A stretch of 64,000 bases of DNA, taken from Macrostomum lignano. Its lineage: Eukaryota. The stretch covers positions 1 through 64,000 of the forward strand of contig NIVC01001810.1 in NCBI GenBank assembly GCA_002269645.1, given 5' to 3'. This document shows, in pieces, positions 53,976 to 64,000 of this stretch. Positions within the stretch are counted from its first letter, which is position 1. Each line of letters starts with the position of its first letter. The position numbers and the translations under genes are program-made. A model generated the notes under the pieces. That model was not told where the DNA came from, did not search any database, and saw only the letters and a list, made by a program, of their open reading frames with translations.

Positions 53976-54760
53976 ATGTAGATGGGCTGAGAGTTGAGTA
54001 GATGTCTATGGACTGAGAGTTGAGTAGATGTAGATGGACTGAGAGTTGAGTAGATGTCTATGGGCTGAGAGTTGAGTAGATGGCTATGGACTGAGAGTTG
54101 AGTAGATGTAGATGGGCTGAGAGTTGAGTAGATGTCTATGGACTGAGAGTTGAGTAGATGTCTATGGGCTGAGAGTTGAGTAGATGTCTATGGACTGAGA
54201 GTTGAGTAGATGTCTATGGACTGAGAGTTGAGTAGATGTCTATGGACTGAGAGTTGAGTAGATGTCTATGGACTGAGAGTTGAGTAGATGTCTATGGGCT
54301 GAGAGTTGAGTAGATGTCTATGGACTGAGAGTTGAGTAGATGTCTATGGACTGAGAGTTGAGTAGATGTCTATGGACTGAGAGTTGAGTAGATGTCTATG
54401 GACTGAGAGTTGAGTAGATGTAGATGGACTGAGAGTTGAGTAGATGTCTATGGACTGAGAGTTGAGTAGATGTCTATGGACTGAGAGTTGAGTAGATGTC
54501 TATGGACTGAGAGTTGAGTAGATGTCTATGGACTGAGAGTTGAGTAGATGTCTATGGACTGAGAGTTGAGTAGATGTCTATGGACTGAGAGTTGAGTAGA
54601 TGTAGATGGACTGAGAGTTGAGTAGATGTCTATGGACTGAGAGTTGAGTAGATGTCTATGGGCTGAGAGTTGAGTAGATGTCTATGGACTGAGAGTTGAG
54701 TAGATGTCTATGGACTGAGAGTTGAGTAGATGTCTATGGACATGATGACATGTTGAGTAA
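53963..54760. repeat. 26-bp minisatellite (GAGTTGAGTAGATGTCTATGGACTGA), about 30 copies, overlapping the GPCR stop codon
   Basis: Direct reading. Confidence 0.95.
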
Positions 54761-55267
54761 ATGTCTATAGACCGTTGTTATAGATGATCAATTGATGCGG
54801 AATGATGAAGCTAGTCGGTGGATTTTCAGAGTAACTGGCCCCAGTGGTGGGTCAGCGTCATTCCTCGAGTCAGCTGCAGCGCACAATGCTGTGATTGGAT
54901 AGCAGCTCGGAGCTGCGCTAGAAGTACATTTGCATCGGCTGCCACACCTGGGCAACTTATGGCCAGGTATATATTTATTAAATCGTTTTTTCTTTTCTTT
55001 TTTTTCAATAAACGGACATTACTTTGGACTCGTAAGATATTGTCCTGTCCCTTAGAATGTCGTCATTTGAGTCATGTCTGTCCGAACTGTGCGCTTGAAA
55101 CTGCCAGCAGATATTTTTCCCATTTTTCTTTGATATTTTTTGCCGGAAACAAAATCGCAGATTGCTTGATTCCCATCAAACAGAATTGTTAATCATTCAA
55201 TATTTCCATTTTCTCTGTTCCATTCAACAATTAATTTATGTCCGTATGTGTCCCCAGCGTACTCCCA

Positions 55268-55571
55268 AATGCAGCACCGTGATCCTGTTCAACTGAGCTG
55301 CATGACATCCCCAATGCACCACCGTGATCCTGTTCAACTCAGCTGCATGACATCCCCAATGCACCACCGTGATCCTGTTCAACTCAGCTGCATGACATCC
55401 CCAATGCACCACCGTGATCCTGTTCAACTCAGCTGCATGACATCCCCAATGCACCACCGTGATCCTGTTCAACTCAGCTGCATAACATCCCCAATGCACC
55501 ACCGTGATCCTGTTCAACTCAGCTGCATGACATCCCCAATGCACCACCGTGATCCTGTTCAACTCAGCTGA
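55268..55571. repeat. 45-bp minisatellite, about 6.7 copies
   Basis: Unit ATGCACCACCGTGATCCTGTTCAACTCAGCTGCATGACATCCCCA. Confidence 0.93.
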
Positions 55572-56401
55572 CCCCCCTAATGCACCGCAGTCGGGTCACA
55601 GCTCATGTTTAACCCGTTTTCATGTTATTTTCCTTCTGTGCACTCCAAGCTTTAAAGCACCTGGCCGCTGCGCCCCTCTGATCATCATAAACTATTAATG
55701 GAGCACCGCTGCTGCCTACACGCTTCTGCTTTTACCGTGGCCGGTTTTTGCCGGCCATTTCGCCCTCGCGCCGCCGAACAAAAGCCGCCGCAAGCAGCCT
55801 CGCGTCCTGCTCTGTAGCGGGGCGCCTCTGTGTTGTTCGCCCCTCCCCGCTCACCGCAGCCCCCCCCCCCACTGTCTGAAAGCGAGTCGCCAGCAATCCA
55901 ATTATGCGGCAGCAATTTGCCCCGGAACACGGCGGCCTCTCGTCCTCCTTGATTTCCCAGCCTCCTAGCTCCTAGCGTCATCCAAGAGTTTTGAGTCGAA
56001 TACACGAATGAACGGAACGCGAGAGCCGATCGTAGGAAAATGCTGGAAAGCTTAAAGTACACAAGGCGGAACTGACTGCCCGCTAATGCGGCTTTGCTAT
56101 CGACTCGAAGTTCTCCTGTGTTTGAGTTTCTGATTTTTCGAAACTGCACCATTGCCTGCGCCCGTTCTCTTGCCACAGTCAGAATGAGCTCAGTCGAGTA
56201 TCTTTAAACAGGTGCAGTTAAGTAAAGGTAACAATTTTTCCAATAAAGAGTTTCGAAAAAAGTTTCTCTGAGGTTCGCTCTCGAAGCTTTAGTTTGCTTT
56301 ACATGCAAGTCTGGCTATCACAGAAATGCGCTCTTCTGCGCCCTTTTCTTGAGACCAATTGACGTTAAAAGAAATGCTTCATAACAGCACCTGGCCTGTA
56401 A

Positions 56402-56806
56402 GCTGACACAGTCAGTGAGAATACTCGGCCTAAGGACTGACACAGTCAGTGAGAATGCTCGGCGTAAGGACTGACGCAGTCAGGGAGAATGCTCGGCCTA
56501 AGGACTGACACAGTCAGGGAGAATGCTCGGCCTAAGGACTGACACAGTCAGGGAGAATGCTCAGCCTAAGGACTGACACAGTGAGAATGCTCGGCCTAAG
56601 GGAAGGGCTGACACAGTCAGTGAGAATGCTCGGCCTAAGGGAAGGGCTGACACAGTCAGTGAGAATGCTCGGCCTAAGGGAAGGGCTGACACAGTCAGTG
56701 AGAATGCTCGGCCTAAGGGAAGGGCTGACACAGTCAGTGAGAATGCTCGGCCTAAGGGAAGGGCTGACACAGTCAGTGAGAATGCTCGGCCTAAGGGCTG
56801 ACACAG
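56402..56806. repeat. 34/39-bp minisatellite (GCTGACACAGTCAGTGAGAATGCTCGGCCTAAGG[GAAGG])
   Basis: Direct reading; the unit lengthens from 34 to 39 bp partway through. Confidence 0.9.
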
Positions 56807-58615
56807 CTTCATAAACAAACTAATATTCTAAATGGTGGGCGAGTAACAAAGAATATAAAGACACTTCAATCTCAGACAAAACTGTAGACTCAATGACTCG
56901 AATAGCAATAACGCTGACACTGGCAGGTCGTCGGTCTATCAAGAAGCGGATGGCGTATTTATCAAATATGACAGAGCAGCAGCAGTAGCAGCAGCAGCAA
57001 GGGTTTTGTCAGAGCAGAGCAAAGACCGCTCCGCACGCCCGCATCAGGCATCGGCTGCTGAAAGCAATTTAAAAAAGGCAAAATGCGATGCGGTTCTCCA
57101 TTTTTTAAGCGGCTCGACTCAACCGGAGGCAGAAGGGATTTTAATTTAATTAGCATTTCCCCTTGAGCTGCATGACCCTCTCCGCTGCTTTGCAGAAAAA
57201 ATTCACTTTTCAAAAGCTGCTTGTCTGGCATTTCCGACCTCCAGCATGGCATCGCCCATCACTGAGTAGAGTGTGTTTTCGATACATATCGGAGAGCTAC
57301 AAATCAATAGCCGAGTAAAGTGTATTATCGATACATATCGGATAGCTACAAATCAATAACTGAGGCTGCGTCTTGACTGGCATCGTGAAAGTCATAGGGA
57401 ATTATTAATGTTTCAAAATCTCTCTGAATTAGCAGCGCACTGTGCCAGAATCGTCCCAGCACCTGCTGCTCCCAGCTGCCGCGGGTACCCTGTGAAAAAA
57501 GGATTTGGGAATCTTGGCCCGGTTCCTGCCAAATATTTCAGTTTTTGCTGCTGCCCGGGCTACCAGACAGACAGACATTTGACAGGGATCTCTTGGACAA
57601 AAAGAAACGGGGGGGGGGGGGGGCAGCAGCAAGAAAGAGCTTTTACACATGTGTGTCGACTCTCGATGGGTAAAGCGAATTTTTATCAGCTATTTACTTG
57701 CAACATTCTACTCTTGTAGGTGAGAAGCAAATAATATTCAATTAATCCTCGCATTCCCAAGGGATTTCTCTTCATTTTGGCATCAGTTCAGCGTTTGAAT
57801 ATCTTTGATTTCTTAAAAATCCTTAGCCAGGTAAATCCCTGTTTTTCTTTAAGGCCCTGAGCCCTTGCCTGCCCTTAAATCAATATTTAACTCTTCCACT
57901 AATTCAACGATGGCTTTTAATCTACCTGTGTTTATCAGTGATGCAGTAATTAGCTGGCGAAAGTGGCTGGTGGGTGCAGTGGGCCGCCTACTCTGCGCAG
58001 CCTTATCTTATCTGAGGCTTTTTGTTTGCAATAATCGAAATTCACTTCCTTATAATTGTGCTGAATTGCGGCATAATTTTGAGCAAACCATGCAGTCAAT
58101 TATGAGCTGCGGCGCTACAATCGGTGCAATTGTGATTATAAATCAGTCGTCTGGTACTGCAGATTATGCCTTTGGAAGACACGAGCTCAGCTCCTGTGAT
58201 AAGAGCTTAGCTTTGAGTGAGTATTTATATTGTCTTGAAATTAATTTTCTCACCTGACCTTTCGGACCTGTATGTTTAGTTAAGCAAGGTAAACAAATTA
58301 TCATTATCACTTTTATAGGGAACGCATATTAAAGTTCTGACAGATAAATCCCAGCGCTTTGACTGGGAGTCTGGAACTGGGGGAAACGTACAGGATGGAG
58401 TGGAGAAGGCTTCATGAGTAGGGATCCGAATCCCAGGAACTGGGACAGTACTGCTTGCCGGTCATGAGTGCCATCCGAGAATTTTATGATAATAATTTTT
58501 ATCCTGATTCTAATTTTATTAAACTTTAATTCGGATTTGCTAATACCTATTCACATACCGGTATTCTTGCAATAATGCATTTGATTGTCGTCTGATTTCA
58601 TTTGCATTCATTTAT

Positions 58616-59876
58616 TCAAATCCAATCCAATCCAATCTAATCCAATCCAATCCAATCCAATCCAATCCAATCCAATCCAATCCAGTCCAATCTAATCCAA
58701 TCCAATCCAATCCAATCTAATCCAATCCAATCCAATCCAATCCAATCCAATCCAATCCAATCCAATCCAATCAAATCCAATCCAGTCCAATCTAATCCAA
58801 TCCAATCCAATCCAATCCAATCCAATCCAATCCAATCCAATCCAATCAAATCCAATCCAATCCAATCCAATCCAAACCAATCCAATCCAATACAATCCAA
58901 TCTAATCCAATCTAATCCAATCCAATCTAATCCAATCCAATCCAATCCAATCTAATCCAATCTAATCCAATCCAATCTAATCCAATCCAATCCAATCCAA
59001 TCTAATCCAATTTAATCCAATCTAATCCAATCCAATCCAATCCAATCCAATCCAATCCAATCAAATCTAATCCAATCCAATCCAATCCAAACCAATCCAA
59101 TCCAATACAATCCAATCTAATCCAATCTAATCCAATCCAATCCAATCCAATTTAATCCAATCTAATCCAATCCAATCCAATCTAATCCAATCCAATTTAA
59201 TCCAATCTAATCCAATCCAATCCAATCCAATCTAATCCAATCCAATCAAATCAAATCCAAACCAATCCAATCCAATACAATCCAATCTAATCCAATCCAA
59301 TTTAATCCAATCTAATCCAATTTAATCCAATCCAATCCAATTTAATCCAATCTAATCCAATCTAATCCAATCCAATCCAATCCAATCCAATCTAATCCAA
59401 TCTAATCCAATCCAATCCAATCCAATCTAATCCAATCTAATCCAATCCAATCCAAGCCAATCCAATCCAATCTAATCCAATCCAATCCTATCTAATCCAA
59501 TCTAATCCAATCCAATCCAATCCAATCCATTCCAATCCATTCCAATCCAAGCCAATCTAATCCAATCCAATCCAATCCAATCGAATCCAATCCAATCCAA
59601 TCCAATCCAAGCCAATCTAATCCAATCTAATCCAATCCAATCCAAGCCAATCTAATCCAATCTAATCCAATCCAATCCAAGCCAATCCAATCCAATCCAA
59701 TCCAATCCAATCCTATCTAATCCAAATCTAATCCAATCCAATCCAATCCAATCCAATCCAATCCAATCCAATCCAATCCAATCCAATCTAATCCAATCCA
59801 TTCCAATCCAATTCAATGCATTCCAATCCAACCCATTCCAATGCCAACCGAATCCAACCCAATCAGTCGAATCCAA
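58616..59876. repeat. (CCAAT)n pentamer satellite, about 250 units
   Basis: Direct reading; CTAAT, TTAAT and CCAAG variants. Confidence 0.97.
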
Positions 59877-59967
59877 ATAGAATGTTTTTGAGGGTGATTC
59901 TCAGTCAGGATGTATAGGATTTTTTGTTACTTTTCGTTGTTAGCAGTTGGGCATGGTGGCTTTCTAT

Positions 59968-62398
59968 CGGCAATTGGGAAATCGGGGATTAAGGAAGCCA
60001 AATGGGATATCAGAGATTAAGGGAGCCAAATGGGAATCGGGGATTAAGCAAGCCAAATGGGAAATCAGAGATTAAGGGAGCCAAATGGGAAATCGAGGAT
60101 TAACGAAGCCAAATGGGAAATCAGAGATTAAGGAAGCCAAATGGGAAATCAGAGGTTAAGGAAGCCAAATGGGAAATCGGGGATTAAGGAAGCCAAATGG
60201 GAAATCGGGGATTAAGGAAGCCAAATCGGAAATCGGGGATTAAGGAAGCCAAATGGGAAATCAGAGGTTAAGAAAGCCAACTGGGAAATCAGAGATTAAG
60301 GGAGCCAAATGGGAAATCAGAGGTTAAGGAAGCCAAATGGGAAATCGGGGATTAAGGAAGCCAAATGGGATATCAGAGATTAAGGGAGCCAAATGGGAAT
60401 CGGGGATTAAGCAAGCCAAATGGGAAATCAGAGATTAAGGGAGCCAAATGGGAAATCGAGGATTAACGAAGCCAAATGGGAAATCAGAGATTAAGGAAGC
60501 CAAATGGGAAATCAGAGGTTAAGGAAGCCAAATGGGAAATCGGGGATTAAGCAAGCCAAATGGGAAATCAGAGATTAAGGGAGCCAAATGGGAAATCGAG
60601 GATTAACGAAGCCAAATGGGAAATCAGAGATTAAGGAAGCCAAATGGGAAATCAGAGGTTAAGGAAGCCAAATGGGAAATCGGGGATTAAGGAAGCCAAA
60701 TGGGAAATCGGGGATTAAGGAAGCCAAATCGGAAATCGGGGATTAAGGAAGCCAAATGGGAAATCAGAGGTTAAGGAAGCCAAATGGGAATTGGGGAATA
60801 AGGAAGCCAAATGGGAAATCGAGGATTAAGGAAGCCAAATGGGAAATCAGAGGTTAAGGAAGCCAAATGGGAAATCGGGGATTAAGGAAGCCAAATGGGA
60901 AATCGGGGATTAAGGAAGCCAAATGGGAAATCGGGGTGCCAAATGGGAAATCAGAGGTTAAGAAAGCCAAATGGGAAATCAGAGGTTAAGAAAGCCAAAT
61001 GGGAAATCAGAGGTTAAGGAAGCCAAATGGGAAATCAGAGGTTAAGGAAGCCAAATGGGAATCGGGGATTAAGGAAGCCAAATGGGAATCGGAGATTAAG
61101 GAAGCCAAATGGGAAATCAGAGGTTAAGGAAGCCAAATGGGAATCGGGGAATAAGGAAGCCAAATGGGAAATCGAGGATTAAGGAAGCCAAATGGGAAAT
61201 CAGAGGTTAAGGAAGCCAAATGGGAAATCGGGGATTAAGGAAGCCAAATGGGAAATCGAGGATTAAGGAAGCCAAATGGGAAATCGGGGTGCCAAATGGG
61301 AAATCAGAGGTTAAGAAAGCCAAATGGGAAATCAGAGGTTAAGAAAGCCAAATGGGAAATCGGGGATTAAGGAAGCCAAATGGGAAATCAGAGGTTAAGA
61401 AAGCCAAATGGGAAATCAGAGGTTAAGGAAGCCAAATGGGAAATCAGAGGTTAAGAAAGCCAAATGGGAAATCGGGGATTAAGGAAGCCAAATGGGAAAT
61501 CAGAGGTTAAGAAAGCCAAATGGGAAATCAGAGGTTAAGAAAGCCAAATGGGAAATCAGAGGTTAAGGAAGCCAAATGGGAAATCGGGGATTAAGGAAGC
61601 CAAATGGGAAATCAGAGGTTAAGGAAGCCAAATGGGAATTGGGGAATAAGGAAGCCAAATGGGAAATCGGGTATTAAGGAAGCCAAATGGGAAATCGGGG
61701 GTTAAGGAAGCCAAATGGGAATCGGGGATTAAGGAAGCCAAATGGGAAATCAGAGGTTAAGGAAGCCAAATGGGAATTGGGGAATAAGGAAGCCAAATGG
61801 GAAATCGAGGATTAAGGAAGCCAAATGGGAAATCAGAGGTTAAGGAAGCCAAATGGGAAATCGGGGATTAAGGAAGCCAAATGGGAAATCGGGGATTAAG
61901 GAAGCCAAATGGGAAATCGGGGTGCCAAATGGGAAATCAGAGGTTAAGAAAGCCAAATGGGAAATCAGAGGTTAAGAAAGCCAAATGGGAAATCAGAGGT
62001 TAAGGAAGCCAAATGGGAAATCAGAGGTTAAGGAAGCCAAATGGGAATCGGGGATTAAGGAAGCCAAATGGGAATCGGAGATTAAGGAAGCCAAATGGGA
62101 AATCAGAGGTTAAGGAAGCCAAATGGGAATCGGGGAATAATTAGGAAGCCAAATGGGAAATCGAGGATTAAGGAAGCCAAATGGGAAATCAGAGGTTAAG
62201 GAAGCCAAATGGGAAATCGGGGATTAAGGAAGCCAATTGGGAAATCGAGGATTAAGGAAGCCAAATGGGAATCGAGGATTAAGGAAGCCAAATGGGAAAT
62301 CAGAGGTTAAGGAAGCCAAATGGGAAATCGGGGATTAAGGAAGCCAAATGGGAAATCGAGGATTAAGGAAGCCAAATGGGAAATCGGGTTGCCAAATG
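59968..62398. repeat. ~28-bp minisatellite (TTAAGGAAGCCAAATGGGAAATCAGAGG / ...TCGGGGA), about 87 copies
   Basis: Direct reading. Confidence 0.97.
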
Positions 62399-63428
62399 GA
62401 AGGTAGATAGGTGTGCACTCTGCGCAGAAATCAGTTCGAATTTAAACGGCTAGTCAGTGTATTAAGTAATTGTTTGTTAAGCTTACTGTTTATTGAATTT
62501 CTAAGAACTCACGTATCCCCCGCTCCCAACTCCTGCGCCTTCGACCGTCGATACATCAGTTCTGTTCTGCACGTGGACGGAACAGCCCAGCTGAAATAAA
62601 TTAATTAGCCACCCTGAAATTGTGGAATGCTTGGATCGCAGGTTTGCAGGTGGAGTCAGGTGGACAGTTCAATGAGAGGCTTATTCTAAATTTCGCCATG
62701 CCAATTTGCCAAGGTTTCTTGGGAGGAAAAGAAAAGGCTGAAATTTCGCACTTCGCTAGAAGCAGCTTTGCAGTTTTCCTGGCTTATTTCGCTTCATAGA
62801 AATACAGACTGACTGATTCGCGGGTTGAGGGAGCGCAATTTACACGCGCCCTCCTAGCGCCTGTGGAACTGTGGCTTGCTATTTTTCGGCAAGACGGACG
62901 GTTGCCCCCTCCCTGTGTTTCATTGAGAATTGATAAATAAGTGCACGCTGTAATCAAGTTTTCCTCGCGCCCGCCCGGCTGGCGCGAGCTACGCGGAGTT
63001 GGAATTTTAGGGGGGTTGGGGTGGGGGGCTGCGACTGAGGCCGGCCCGGGCGGGGAGGTTTAGAGATAAAATAAGGAGGGTGAGAAATGAAAGCCCTGCA
63101 CAGCCCGCCCGCCACCCGCCACCCCCCCACTTCACTACTTGTATTGTAAAGTGAAATGAGCGACCGTTGCGGACCCTCAAATAAGCCTTCCCTCTCTTCC
63201 CTCCAAAACCCTCCCAGGCGCGGCCACCCAGGCCCGCTCCCTCATTGGCTGCTCGAGGGCGCTCCCCCATCCCAGGTCCCAAACTGAGGCCCCATAAAGG
63301 CCCCCGCTTTATCTCCGCTCTGTTTCCTCAGACCGAGAGCCGCCTCTTGTCCCAGCCCAGAACTGAATAAACAACTCCGGTCACACCTGACTCTCTCCTG
63401 CCATCGATTCTCACTTACCTCGGATCAG

Positions 63429-63616
63429 ATTGACTTGAATCCCCCGCTATGTCGGCTACAGTGTTGAACTCCTGCAACCTGAGCTTCTACCAGCTGCAGT
63501 CCTACCTGCAATCCTGGCACGCAGCCAACGCCAACCGCGCCGCCGCCAAGGAGAACCTGAACTACGGAGGAGCTGCTGGGACATCGCCGAGCACGTGCCC
63601 GCCTCAGGCGCAAAGT
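63429..63616 (+). CDS. Candidate first coding exon of an unidentified gene (ATG at 63449; MSATVLNSCNLSFYQLQSYLQSWHAANANRAAAKENLNYGG...)
   Basis: Pyrimidine tract plus CAG acceptor at 63428, consensus donor AGT|GTAAGT at 63617 and GC3-rich codons like the other exons here. No recognisable domain. Confidence 0.4.
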
Positions 63617-64000
63617 GTAAGTGGCTTCTAAACTATCCTCACCTTTCTATTTATTATTTCCTATTATAGTGCTCAATGACCCTGACTTTATATACTTGAG
63701 CCGTCATTTACCTGTTATTAGTGTTTATTGCAGTCGCAGCCTCGCGGTTTACTAAGTTGTGCAAAATTACAATTTAGCTGTGCTCTAGATATGCTTGTGA
63801 TAGAACATTCACATTTAGGTATTTCACATCTCAATTTTTTAAACGTTTGCTTCACTAATCACCGTTCAAATTAGTTTCTTTCATTCTGTTTTTGAAAGAC
63901 ACGAATACTCGTAAAGTGATTAAAAAGCAAGACTGGGGGAATGCGGTGTCGGTGCTTGTATGAGTCAATCAGTCGGTTGAGTCCAGTTGTCTCTCAGCGG

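Noticed and set aside
58616-59876. Telomeric repeat
   Set aside because: The unit is TTGGA on the minus strand, not TTAGGG or TTAGG, and it is interstitial with many variants.

Overview
This is eukaryotic (animal) genomic DNA. Evidence: spliceosomal GT-AG introns, GC3-rich coding exons and minisatellite-filled introns. A free-living flatworm such as Macrostomum is my guess from sequence style only. Positions 1-29.2 kb hold three paralogous 3-exon full-length ABCA transporter genes (one minus, two plus), each with frameshifting single-base indels. They show near-identical ATPase tracts alternating with divergent membrane and extracellular tracts. Between the divergent copies 1 and 2 lies a 250-bp Penelope-like insertion with a 14-bp TSD carrying two inverted minimal hammerhead ribozymes, plus a 33-bp perfect palindrome and a tRNA-headed SINE. 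Between copies 2 and 3 lies a decayed Ty3/gypsy LTR element with an intact DD34D mariner inserted in its 5' LTR. Positions 30.9-44.9 kb hold complete head-to-head PP1 catalytic subunit (5 exons, 328 aa) and P2X receptor (7 exons, 426 aa) genes. They share an AT-rich promoter island from which codon GC3 rises in both directions. Positions 50.8-54.0 kb hold a 2-exon NPY/NPF-like GPCR with a non-canonical NPLLH motif. About 19 distinct tandem arrays fill introns and intergenic space, one of them inside a hAT-type MITE with a perfect 8-bp TSD. All exon boundaries were read by eye and no database searches were run.
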